Source: an uncultured Gammaproteobacteria bacterium
GTDB lineage: Bacteria; Patescibacteriota; Microgenomatia; Levybacterales; GWA1-39-11
NCBI GenBank assembly: GCA_964485575.1
Contig: CAZAJO010000007.1
Coordinates: forward strand, 1-61,323
Direction: 5' to 3'
DNA length: 61,323 nucleotides
The notes under the pieces were generated by a model. It searched no databases. It had not been told where the DNA came from and saw only the letters and a list, made by a program, of their open reading frames with translations. Shown here piece after piece: positions 9,508-18,719 of this stretch. Position numbers and translations under genes: made by a program. How positions within the stretch are numbered: the first letter of the stretch is position 1; each line of letters begins with the position of its first letter.

Positions 9508-10101
9508 TTAGGGGCGGCGGCTTATCGTTTCTTCTAGTAATTCTTTCAAAAATTCGTCAGAGATATTTGCCTTCGCATTTTCAAAGAATTCAGATAGATC
9601 TTTCCCGTGTTCGCGCTCATACTCTAGGGCCTGAAGGGCCATGTCAAGTTTGTCCAATTGCCATAGTAATTGGGACTCTAATGTCTTTCTGTCCAAAAGT
9701 TCTTGGAAAAGGGCGAGTGAAAAATTTGAAGGGTCTGTTTTTTTGAACAATTTCTTGATGCTTGCTTTTTGCTCTGCTTCTTTTGCTTTAAGTCTTTGTT
9801 GGTCGATGATTGTACCTCGGGACGTTACTATGTCCCCGGTTTCAAGCTCGCCGATATCATGGATGAGTGCCATTTTGACTAATTTTCCTTTATTGAGAGG
9901 GTACTGAAGTCTTTCAGAGAGCTCTGTTCCAAGTTGAAGCGCTAGAAAAGAAAGACTGAATATATGCTCTGCCAGGCTTTCTGAGTTGTCTATTTTTTCA
10001 CGTAACCATCCACTTCTTCGGGTTTTTTTAGAGGCATTTGCGAAAAGAAATAAATCTATGAAATGAGGGACTTTATTGAGGCTATTTTTTGTCTTTGTCA
10101 T
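9508..10101 (-). CDS. HD-domain phosphohydrolase (YfbR-like 5'-nucleotidase family)
   Basis: 197 aa with the H...HD...D pattern: ESLAEHIFSLS...LIHDIGELETGDI. Confidence 0.8.
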   Translation of the reverse strand: MTKTKNSLNKVPHFIDLFLFANASKKTRRSGWLREKIDNSESLAEHIFSLSFLALQLGTELSERLQYPLNKGKLVKMALIHDIGELETGDIVTSRGTIIDQQRLKAKEAEQKASIKKLFKKTDPSNFSLALFQELLDRKTLESQLLWQLDKLDMALQALEYEREHGKDLSEFFENAKANISDEFLKELLEETISRRP

Positions 10102-10146
10102 CGTAGACTGGGACAGTTTACAAACTTTTTATCTAATTTTCAAGTG

Positions 10147-11463
10147 TCAAGGCAAAGGGAAATTGCGCATTGCCTTTTTCACTTCAAGTGCAATTTTTTT
10201 TATATTTTTATTACCATCAACCTTCTTTCGGAATTCTTTGAAGAAGGGACTTCGTTCTTCTTTAACATCAGGAAGGGCATTTCCTTTTATCTCTTCAATT
10301 ACATCATTGATCCAATGAGCCAAAACTACCATATCTTTTTCGCGCATGCCCCTTGTTGTTGCAGCTGGCGTTCCGATTCTAATTCCAGATGGGTAGAAGG
10401 GTGGCATTTTGTCGTAAGGCACTGTATTTTTATTTGTGACAATTCCTGCCTGCTCGAGTGCATATGCTGCAAGTGCTCCATTTACCCCCTTATTCGAAAG
10501 ATCAACAACGAGTAAGTGGTTCTCGCTTCCTCCGGTTGTCAGAGAAAAACCAAGTCTTAGCAATTCATTCGCAAGTGCTTTCGAGTTGGTAACGATTTGC
10601 TTTGCGTATTTTTTAAACTCCGTAGTTTCTGCTTCGTGCAAAGCTACTGCAATTGCCGCTGTTTGGTTGTCATGAGGTCCTCCTTGAAGTCCTGGAAAGA
10701 CTGCCTTGTCGATTTTTTGTGCCAACTCGGGGTCTTTTTTTATTCCTTTTTCAGTCACCATCAGCATCGCTCCTCGGGGTCCTCGAAGTGACTTATGAGT
10801 TGTGGTCATGACAATATGAGCATAAGGAACTGGGGAAGGATGAGCTCCTCCAACAACAAGACCGGCGATGTGCGAAATGTCAGCTAGGAGATAACACCCA
10901 ACCTTATCAGCAATTTTCCCAAACCTTTCAAAATCAATGACCTGTGGATATGCAGTAAATCCGCAGACTATGATTTGTGGTTTTTCTTTGATGGCCAGTT
11001 TTTCAATGGCATCATAATCAAGTGTTCCATTCTTGGTGACAGGGAATGAAACAGTCTTAAAATATTTTCCAGAAAAAGAGACTGGAGACCCATGAGTTAG
11101 ATGTCCACCTGATGAGAGTGCAAGTCCCATAATTTTGTCTTTCAAAGGAGTCAGTAGTGCAAAGTAGACTGCAGTATTTGCCGGGCTTCCTGAATATGGT
11201 TGGACATTGACGTGTGGGACACCAAATAATTTTTTGGCACGCTCAATTGCCAAAAGCTCAATCCCGTCAGCATTTGCATTTCCCTGATAGTATCTTTTTT
11301 TTGAATACCCTTCGGAATATTTATTGGTAAGGACTGAGGATAGAGTTGCCCTGACTTCAAGAGATGCGTAATTTTCAGATGGGATGAGCGTTAGCGTATC
11401 TCTTTGTCTTTTGTCTTCTTTTTGGAGTAGGGCATATACATAAGGATCTTTTTGCGACAACAT
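10147..11463 (-). CDS. glyA: Serine hydroxymethyltransferase
   Basis: 438 aa. LIPSENY..., YSEGYS.KRYYQG, and the PLP-lysine region VMTTTHKSLRGPRGAM. Confidence 0.95.
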   Translation of the reverse strand: MLSQKDPYVYALLQKEDKRQRDTLTLIPSENYASLEVRATLSSVLTNKYSEGYSKKRYYQGNANADGIELLAIERAKKLFGVPHVNVQPYSGSPANTAVYFALLTPLKDKIMGLALSSGGHLTHGSPVSFSGKYFKTVSFPVTKNGTLDYDAIEKLAIKEKPQIIVCGFTAYPQVIDFERFGKIADKVGCYLLADISHIAGLVVGGAHPSPVPYAHIVMTTTHKSLRGPRGAMLMVTEKGIKKDPELAQKIDKAVFPGLQGGPHDNQTAAIAVALHEAETTEFKKYAKQIVTNSKALANELLRLGFSLTTGGSENHLLVVDLSNKGVNGALAAYALEQAGIVTNKNTVPYDKMPPFYPSGIRIGTPAATTRGMREKDMVVLAHWINDVIEEIKGNALPDVKEERSPFFKEFRKKVDGNKNIKKIALEVKKAMRNFPLP

Positions 11464-11543
11464 AGGTATAGGGTTTAGTTTAGAAAAGAATAGTTTACTT
11501 ATTGTATTTTGTCAATAGATTTAAATTATCTAAACGCTATTAA

Positions 11544-11560
11544 CTAGACCCTAAACCCTT
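11544..11560 (-). repeat. 17-mer AAGGGTTTAGGGTCTAG (copy 1 of 3)
   Basis: The reverse complement of 11544-11560 is identical to 29729-29745 and matches 20188-20204 at 16/17. Confidence 0.9.
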
Positions 11561-11580
11561 TATTCTGATAATATTGAATT

Positions 11581-12186
11581 GTGGAAGAGTTGATTGAAAA
11601 AATTGGTTGGAAGAAATTCGGAATAATAGTTGTGGTTCTCTGCTTTATTCTCTTGGGCTTTGCACTTCTTTCTTTTGCAAATATTGATAAGAAGCAGACG
11701 GATGTCATCAAAAAGAAAATTGAGATAGAAAAGCAACAATCACGCACCAATAGTACTAAAGGTGGGGGTTTTACAGACATTGAATTTAAGCCTTATGTCA
11801 CACCTGATTATCAGCTGAAATATCCTTCAGATTTCACCACTAAGAGTGCAGAACCAAGCAAGGGTACTAAAAATAGTGTCCTATTTGTGAATAACAACAG
11901 TAATGCAAGTATTTTTGTAGAGGTCTTTGCAAAACCACAAAATACTTATGAAGCGTTGATAAAGCCATATCTACTTAGTGATTACGAGCCTGAGGCTCAA
12001 CCTTTGGAATTTCCTACTTCTGTTGAATTTATTCCTACGAAAGTAGAGGATCCACTGATCCACAAGAAAATTGATTTTATCGAGAAGGATAACTCGATTG
12101 TTAAAATAACTTTGACCTATTCTAGTGATGGAATAGATACTGAAATAGAGCGGAATTTTGTTAAATTACTGATAAGTCTTCGCTAG
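11581..12186 (+). CDS. Membrane-anchored hypothetical protein
   Basis: 201-aa ORF with GTG start and one TM helix (FGIIVVVLCFILLGFALLSF). Its stop is 1 nt from the stop of the convergent gene. Confidence 0.55.
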   Translation: MEELIEKIGWKKFGIIVVVLCFILLGFALLSFANIDKKQTDVIKKKIEIEKQQSRTNSTKGGGFTDIEFKPYVTPDYQLKYPSDFTTKSAEPSKGTKNSVLFVNNNSNASIFVEVFAKPQNTYEALIKPYLLSDYEPEAQPLEFPTSVEFIPTKVEDPLIHKKIDFIEKDNSIVKITLTYSSDGIDTEIERNFVKLLISLR

Positions 12187-12187
12187 A

Positions 12188-13006
12188 TCAGTACTGTATC
12201 GTAGTACATGCTTCACTGATATCTCCCTCACCACGATCCCCATCATGAAGTATGATCTGTGCTCTATAGACGTGACCGTCAGTAAGACCGAGGTTCTTTA
12301 CATCCCATATCATCTCTGCGCCAAAGCTTGGTTCAAATCTCGGATTAACACCTTCAAATTTAACGTTAGAATCTTTTGGAAATGGATCCGCTCCTGGGCC
12401 TAGATCAAGCGCGTTGGCAGGGAAGGGTGCGGTATTGGCGTTGAGTGCTTTCCACGCTCCGAAAATTTCATCGGGCTTGTAGGCTTTTCCACCACTTTGA
12501 GCATCTCCTGACGTGTTGTTGGGATCAGTTGTAATATCACTGATAAATATCGCAGGGAAGAAAGGAAAACCATTAGAATCTTTTGCAGTTTCATCCCCAA
12601 CAACCGGATTTACGGCGTGGTCCTGGGAGCTTTTAGGTGGTGTGACTGCGCCTTTTCCTAAAGTAATAGGCCACTCGTCTTGGTAAAAGACTTTTATCTT
12701 TCCATCTTTTTGTACGATTGTCCCAGGCGCTGGATCTATTGCCCACAATATATATGGTTCTGAAATGCCTTGTATCTTTCCATTTCCACAGTCAAGAGTG
12801 GGAGGAACAAACCTTTTGAATTTAAGAGTTTTTAGCTGTAGATTTTGATTTGCCGGTCCAGAATCTGTGCTATCCTGCCCGTACTGTTCATTTGGATTTG
12901 TGGCAGATTTATTTACCATAGCGCCACTAGTCATAAGAATTCCAAACGCGATAACAATAAAAAGTAGTGGAATTAAAATCTGTCCCGATTGTTTTGTTCT
13001 AAGCAT
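12188..13006 (-). CDS. Secreted protein with TadE/TadG-like N-terminus
   Basis: 272 aa. The N-terminus MLRTKQSGQILIPLLFIVIAFGILMTSG resembles Tad_N pseudopilin-like leaders. The remainder matches no family I recognise. Confidence 0.6.
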   Translation of the reverse strand: MLRTKQSGQILIPLLFIVIAFGILMTSGAMVNKSATNPNEQYGQDSTDSGPANQNLQLKTLKFKRFVPPTLDCGNGKIQGISEPYILWAIDPAPGTIVQKDGKIKVFYQDEWPITLGKGAVTPPKSSQDHAVNPVVGDETAKDSNGFPFFPAIFISDITTDPNNTSGDAQSGGKAYKPDEIFGAWKALNANTAPFPANALDLGPGADPFPKDSNVKFEGVNPRFEPSFGAEMIWDVKNLGLTDGHVYRAQIILHDGDRGEGDISEACTTIQY

Positions 13007-13022
13007 ATTCTTTTGTTTTTTT

Positions 13023-13049
13023 TGTCTAATTCCTGTCGATGACGCCTCC
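13023..13049 (-). pseudogene. Remnant of a third paralog 3' end (...GGVIDRN*)
   Basis: 27 nt identical to 14217-14243, which is the stop region of the gene at 14220-15200. No ORF remains upstream. Confidence 0.5.
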
Positions 13050-13105
13050 CTGCCCCAAGAGCACTTGCCATTTCATGGTGGCGCATTCTAATTTGTGGGT
13101 CGTTG

Positions 13106-14131
13106 TCATCTGTCGATGACACCTCCCCATTCTACGGCTGTAAAACCTGCACGTTTTGGTGGAGTAGACGGGTTAAACAATTTAGTTTCGAATTTTTCAT
13201 CAACCCCTTTAAAGTATGCAATAAATTGGATAAAAACGTTAGGGGTAGGCACTATCTCGACATGATCAGTACGCTCCTTCTCTTCTTTGTCAAGAATTGA
13301 GAAGAAGATGTATCTCTTGTTAAGAGCCAGGAGGCGGGGAGTCCAATATTCAATAAACTCATTTGATTCCATTAAATCCAATCCTAGCCTTGTTGTTTGA
13401 GTCCTGAGTTGTTCAACTAGGTTTTTGCTTTCTATGAAAATTCCGCTGTCTGGGGCTTTGAGTTCTTGTTGCGAACTTTCATAATAAAGCTCCCTATAAT
13501 AATTGTTTTTGTAATACAAAATTCCACCAGGCATTGCAAGTACCCCAAACCAACCATTATTGTATTCTGGAATACTCTCAACTATGTTGCCAGAGACAGT
13601 CACATCTACATAGGTAGATTTTTCCGGATAGAGATAGATAACGGGTTTCCCGATACAATAGTAACCATCTCCCTCTTTTGCATAAGCCTTGCACAGGCTG
13701 TCATTGTATGGAAATTCATTTGGATGGCCATTTATTATAACGGCTTTTCCGTTGATACAAAGAAATGTAAAGTTGGGACATTTACATACGCTGGGATCAG
13801 TCTTCTTACCACTATCTGATATGCACATGGTTGATGTTGGGACTGGCGTTTCTGTTGTCGTTCCTGTTGGTGTTACTGTTGTCGGAGGGGCTGTGGGGGA
13901 TTGGAAATCCAAATCCACCATATGAAGTCCTTCTTTGTAGTCTAATTTTTTAGCATCTGTGGCTGTGTAAACGTTAGTGTCTGTAACGGTGGACTTGGGG
14001 TGTTTAAAAAATCCAGTGAAGTTCATGATCACCAGAAGGACGAGTCCCATGAAAAAAAGTGAAAGAGCAGAAAAACCCTTCTGCCACCTAGAAGACATAA
14101 GACAGTAGACAAAAGACAGAAGTCTAACCAT
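13106..14131 (-). CDS. Membrane-anchored surface protein, paralog A (conserved KPVIYLYP... C-terminal domain)
   Basis: 341 aa: TM, PT linker, Cys-containing region, then a ~190-aa domain highly similar to 14220-15200. Confidence 0.7.
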   Translation of the reverse strand: MVRLLSFVYCLMSSRWQKGFSALSLFFMGLVLLVIMNFTGFFKHPKSTVTDTNVYTATDAKKLDYKEGLHMVDLDFQSPTAPPTTVTPTGTTTETPVPTSTMCISDSGKKTDPSVCKCPNFTFLCINGKAVIINGHPNEFPYNDSLCKAYAKEGDGYYCIGKPVIYLYPEKSTYVDVTVSGNIVESIPEYNNGWFGVLAMPGGILYYKNNYYRELYYESSQQELKAPDSGIFIESKNLVEQLRTQTTRLGLDLMESNEFIEYWTPRLLALNKRYIFFSILDKEEKERTDHVEIVPTPNVFIQFIAYFKGVDEKFETKLFNPSTPPKRAGFTAVEWGGVIDR

Positions 14132-14219
14132 ATTAATAGTATAGAGCTTTTATCTTTTTACTTCTAGCTAGCGTGATGCGCCAAGCTCTGCTTATTGTCT
14201 AATGACTTTTGTCTAGTGT

Positions 14220-15200
14220 CTAATTCCTGTCGATGACGCCTCCCCATTCTACGGCTGTAAACCCGATGCGTCTTGGTGGAGTAGAAGGGTTAAACAATTT
14301 AATTTCGAATTTTTCATCAGCCCCTTTAAAGTATGCGATAAATTCAATAAATGTATCTGGTTTTGGGTTAATTTCAACATGATCGGTTCGCTCCTTTTCT
14401 TCCTTATCAAGAATAGAAAACAGAATATATTTTTTGTTAAGAGCTTGTAGTCGAGGTGTCCAGTAGTCAACAAATTCTTGGGCTTCAATGTCAATTAGTC
14501 CAAGTTTTAATACCTGGTTTTTCAATTCCTGTCTTAATGTTGTTGTTTCTAGAAAGATTCCATTATCTGGAGGATTTAATTCTTCTTGCGAACTTTCATA
14601 ATAGAGTTCCCTATAATAATTGTTTTTGTAAAACAACACTCCGCCGGGCATCGCCAATACCCCAAACCATCCATTATTATATTCCGGAATGCTTTCAACG
14701 ATGTTTCCAGACACAGTTACATCAACGTACGTAGGTTTTGTGGGATACAGATAAATTACAGGTTTTCCCATGCAGAACCATTTGCAGGATGAGTCCTCAG
14801 ATGCTCGAGCTTGGCACTGAATTGTATCTCCCATACATACAGGATTTGCTAAAGGAGGAAAATTACCATTGCAATAGAGACCGAGTGGAAGATTTGGGTC
14901 GCACATACATCCAACACGTTCTCCATAGTGAGGACAATAATTGCTTGTTGGAGTTGGAGTTCTTGTAACTCCCGGTAGGGTTGGTACGGGTATTGATGTA
15001 GGCGTTGGAGTTGGAGATTCAAAATCAATATCCACCATGTGAAGGCCCGTACTGTCAATTTGTTTGCTTCCGGAAGCATTGTAGACATTAGTATCTGTAA
15101 TTGGTGATTTTGGATGTTTGAAAAATCCGGTAAAGTTCATGATGACAAGTAGAATAAGCCCCATGAAAAAAAGAGACAAAGCAGAAAAACCTTTGGACAT
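14220..15200 (-). CDS. Membrane-anchored surface protein, paralog B
   Basis: 326 aa. It shares the N-terminus KGFSALSLFFMGL.LLVIMNFTGFFKHPKS and the block VTVSGNIVESIPEYNNGWFGVLAMPGG with paralog A. Confidence 0.7.
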   Translation of the reverse strand: MSKGFSALSLFFMGLILLVIMNFTGFFKHPKSPITDTNVYNASGSKQIDSTGLHMVDIDFESPTPTPTSIPVPTLPGVTRTPTPTSNYCPHYGERVGCMCDPNLPLGLYCNGNFPPLANPVCMGDTIQCQARASEDSSCKWFCMGKPVIYLYPTKPTYVDVTVSGNIVESIPEYNNGWFGVLAMPGGVLFYKNNYYRELYYESSQEELNPPDNGIFLETTTLRQELKNQVLKLGLIDIEAQEFVDYWTPRLQALNKKYILFSILDKEEKERTDHVEINPKPDTFIEFIAYFKGADEKFEIKLFNPSTPPRRIGFTAVEWGGVIDRN

Positions 15201-15232
15201 ACTATTAGTATAGAATATTTTAAATCTTCTAG

Positions 15233-15925
15233 CTATTTATAAACTACTGGGGGTTGCTCTGTAGGAAAGACTCCATTTATTGGGTAGTTTACAATAAGAG
15301 TACTTTTCTGAAGTACGATAACTTTGCCTCCCTCACGTGAGATAAGTGCCGTTGATGGGGAAAAAGCGATTGATGTCTTCGTTATATTGGTACTTTTAGG
15401 GATAAAAGTAAGAACAGCTACTTTTCCTAGACCTTTTTGTAGAGGGGTGGTAGAAGCCATCTGAAGAGGCAATGTTATGACACCATTTACCGTGTCATTA
15501 TGAGAAGATGACGGTTCAAAGGCGAGAGAAACTGTCGAATTTTTGTCTTTGAACTGGGTAAGCGTTACATTTCCGACAACATTTGGATTGTAGGATATCG
15601 AAATATTAGCTCCCGAAATCTCTTTGCCCCAGGTATTAACGTACACATCAATAGTTTGGACTTTCCCCAAAGGAGCATTTATAGTTGTCGGGTCAAAATA
15701 AACAGTCGCTTCAGGTGAAGTAAGATTGACAGTCGGAGTAGGGCTGGAGAAGATCCCATTCTTCCCGCCTTTTCCAGTAATTAATGTCACGACAAAAATA
15801 ATAGCTAAGAAAATAACTATTGCTCCAGCCAAAAGAATAACCTTATTCTTAAGAAGTTTTTGCAAGCCTGTTTCAGGGTTCTGATTTGTGAGTTCTGAGT
15901 TCTGAGTTATTTCATTATTTTCCAT
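15233..15925 (-). CDS. Membrane-anchored cohesin-like module protein
   Basis: 230 aa. TM helix, then VQTIDVYVNTWGKEISGANISISYNPNVVGNVTL...GKVAVLTFIPKS. Confidence 0.6.
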   Translation of the reverse strand: MENNEITQNSELTNQNPETGLQKLLKNKVILLAGAIVIFLAIIFVVTLITGKGGKNGIFSSPTPTVNLTSPEATVYFDPTTINAPLGKVQTIDVYVNTWGKEISGANISISYNPNVVGNVTLTQFKDKNSTVSLAFEPSSSHNDTVNGVITLPLQMASTTPLQKGLGKVAVLTFIPKSTNITKTSIAFSPSTALISREGGKVIVLQKSTLIVNYPINGVFPTEQPPVVYK

Positions 15926-15926
15926 A

Positions 15927-18677
15927 TTAATTTGACGTACAACAAGCTCCTCTTACGGTGCCATATGCAGCCGCACAATCTGCATTTCCAACAGGTCTAG
16001 CATTTGGATAAGAGCCAAAACATGATGCTTGGCAACTATTTACTCTACCATCGCCATTGTCCAGTGGACAACCCGTTGCTGCAGGCCCTTTTGTAGGGGC
16101 AGGAGTAGTAGTTGTTCCAGGAGCACTTGTGACAACAGGGGAAGGAGTAGAGCAGCTAGAAAGAGGGGTATTACCTCTTCTGTAGCATTGTGGGGTGTCC
16201 GGATTCCAGTCAGCACATGCTGTATTTGCAACACTATCATTAGTGGGTCCATATCCCACTTGGCACGCGTTTGCTGCTACGCATAAATGATTTCCGTCAT
16301 TTGGACATCCTTTTGAGACAGGTGTCGGTGTAGAGTATGGAGTAGATCCTGTACAGATTGCGGGATCAATACTCTTTGGCATAAGTGATTTTGTCCGGTC
16401 GCACCAAAGGTTGGTTGCAGGGAATGGCACACAGAAATATTTGGATGGATCATCAAGGGATGGCTCTGGATTGTGTGAAGAAGCGCAACCACATGCGGAA
16501 GCAGTTGTACAAGGACATCCAGTCCCTTTAAATCCAGACGTGCAATTATTGGAAGCGCCTGGGGTAGGAGTAGGAGTTGGTTTGCCAGCAGGGTACTGGC
16601 AGGTGAATACGCCGTTAAGGTCCGGATCAAGGCATCTGGCTCCTGCTGGATAATCAGAACAGTCTGTGTCTCCACCCTTATAGCAAACATCCCCAAGACC
16701 TAATTTCCTATAACACCCCTGTCCAGCATCAACACAAGTTCCGGCTACATCGCAAAATCTTTTGTTATCAGGACAACAAGTAGTAAGAGTACTGCTATTT
16801 TGGGTGTTTGAAGAATTGTAGTTGAAAGTACAGGTGTAATTTGGTCCATGGACTTTTGCACAATCAACAACTGCCCCTCCAAGGCCAGCTTTACATACCG
16901 GGGTTACAGACGCATCAATCCATGGATAACTATCGCATGATTTATCAGCAGATGGGACAAGCACATCAACATAATTAGTTCCATCAGCGCCTGTTTTTGT
17001 GCAGCGGTAGCGGTCAGCATAGACTCTTCCGGGTTGAGCAGTCTTAGGATCGGTAGCACCAATGAGCCTATGGTCACAAGTAGGGCCTTCGTATCCATTT
17101 GGTTTGCTAAATACTGTATCAACATTTCCTTTTCCAGACTGTGAACACACATCACTTGTAGGAGCGGGGCTTGTCGAAGAACCAGGAGTAGTAGTGCCAC
17201 CACCGGAATTAGGTGAACCCAATCCACTACGTTTTGAATAAATACTGTCGTTTCTAAAGCAACTGCCACCCTTGCTTCCACAGCTATAAAGACCAGTGTT
17301 TGTGGTAGGAGTGCTATAAGTAGTTGAAGGGTCCCCGCTTGGTGTTTCGGCAGAACTCAAGCATTTAAAGGCAGAGTCATTATTGTCATCCAATTCACAC
17401 GAATTTCTATTCGGATCTGTATTACCCGATGGACCTGATGCTGCCGTGCACACAAATTCACTGCTGGTACTAGGTTTTGTACAACTTTTGCTCTGGCAGG
17501 CATCGCCGTGTCCAGAGTCACAATAAGAACCATTAGCCAGTGGCTTAGTAGCACATACATGGTGTCCTAACGAAGGGTTTGGTATACATGCTCCTCCCTC
17601 GCATAGTTCTGGTTTTAGAGCTTCACATTGATCACCGTTCTTTTTAAGTGCTGTGCTTTCTGGTGTCTTTTTGACGCAATTGACATCAGGACAAACCAAT
17701 CCGTCTTCACATACACTATCAAAATAACAGAAATCTCCTTCCTTCATGCTTTTTTTAAATTGGCAAGTTAATGTGCCGGATCTTGGATCGTAGCCAATAC
17801 AATAACCTTGTCTACAGGCCAGATCATCGCTACATGGTTCACCCAATCCCTGGCTTCTTGGATCGATACATGTATGGCGTCCTATTGCTACTATCCCTCC
17901 ACAAAGACCAGACACGCAAGCAGTATTTTCAAAACACGCCCCTCCATTCGGTATACTTCTTGGGAGAACGCAAAGGCGCTGCTTAGCATAATTTTCGCCA
18001 CCACAAACCTCATTGCCATTGCATTCAGAAGTTTCTTTACAAACTTTCAGCGAACTACCACTTGAAGGTGGTGATTCTTGAGGTGTTGAAGATATTTTCG
18101 GGGGAGGAGTTTGGTTTTTGTAATAGCAGGTTCCAGAATTATGATCACATGACTGGTCAGAGTAGCACCCAGCGCCTGCGTGAGTGTCATTACAAGCTTC
18201 TCCCCATCGCGTATCATCTTGGCTCACACACTTAGGTTGTTCATTGTTGCCATACCACCCTGCATACCAAAAACATTTATTTGCAGTGCTATTACAAGTG
18301 TTTGGATCGCCAATTGAACCGCATGATTTAGGTCTACATATGTTGTCGTCACATGACAAATCTGCGTTACAATCTGGCGTATGACCACAAGTTCCACCAA
18401 TTCCGCTTGTGTGTGCCCTGCAAATGTTATTGATACAGACATTCGGACTTCCAGCACATTCTCCATCGTCATAGCACCAGCAAGTGGTATTGTCATCATG
18501 CTTATTTGGAACACGTGGATTTGTTTTATCTAATTCTATATCTTCCGGGTTCCCCGTTCCTGGAGTGCACACATAAGTTCCTCTTGTATAGTTTGCATAG
18601 CCAGGACCTGTCGTTAGAAGAAATAAGAAAAATATGGTCACAAAAAACGAAAATAAATAAGGCCATTTGGCTTTCAT
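15927..18677 (-). CDS. Giant secreted hyper-cysteine-rich repeat protein (82 Cys)
   Basis: Start moved to ATG 18677, giving the signal-like MKAKWPYLFSFFVTIFFLFLLTTGPGYA. At least 9 copies of a 4-Cys module G-x-x-C-x(4-8)-C-x(3-6)-C-x(4-14)-C. Confidence 0.75.
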   Translation of the reverse strand: MKAKWPYLFSFFVTIFFLFLLTTGPGYANYTRGTYVCTPGTGNPEDIELDKTNPRVPNKHDDNTTCWCYDDGECAGSPNVCINNICRAHTSGIGGTCGHTPDCNADLSCDDNICRPKSCGSIGDPNTCNSTANKCFWYAGWYGNNEQPKCVSQDDTRWGEACNDTHAGAGCYSDQSCDHNSGTCYYKNQTPPPKISSTPQESPPSSGSSLKVCKETSECNGNEVCGGENYAKQRLCVLPRSIPNGGACFENTACVSGLCGGIVAIGRHTCIDPRSQGLGEPCSDDLACRQGYCIGYDPRSGTLTCQFKKSMKEGDFCYFDSVCEDGLVCPDVNCVKKTPESTALKKNGDQCEALKPELCEGGACIPNPSLGHHVCATKPLANGSYCDSGHGDACQSKSCTKPSTSSEFVCTAASGPSGNTDPNRNSCELDDNNDSAFKCLSSAETPSGDPSTTYSTPTTNTGLYSCGSKGGSCFRNDSIYSKRSGLGSPNSGGGTTTPGSSTSPAPTSDVCSQSGKGNVDTVFSKPNGYEGPTCDHRLIGATDPKTAQPGRVYADRYRCTKTGADGTNYVDVLVPSADKSCDSYPWIDASVTPVCKAGLGGAVVDCAKVHGPNYTCTFNYNSSNTQNSSTLTTCCPDNKRFCDVAGTCVDAGQGCYRKLGLGDVCYKGGDTDCSDYPAGARCLDPDLNGVFTCQYPAGKPTPTPTPGASNNCTSGFKGTGCPCTTASACGCASSHNPEPSLDDPSKYFCVPFPATNLWCDRTKSLMPKSIDPAICTGSTPYSTPTPVSKGCPNDGNHLCVAANACQVGYGPTNDSVANTACADWNPDTPQCYRRGNTPLSSCSTPSPVVTSAPGTTTTPAPTKGPAATGCPLDNGDGRVNSCQASCFGSYPNARPVGNADCAAAYGTVRGACCTSN

Positions 18678-18719
18678 AATGAGTATGAATAGAATGTCAT
18701 ATCCCGCAAATAAAGTCAA

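Noticed and set aside
16029-18514. Multiple 60-140-aa ORFs inside the Cys-rich gene, on both strands.
   Set aside because: They are nested in a 2.75-kb ORF with a coherent repeat structure, and they have no starts or RBS of their own.
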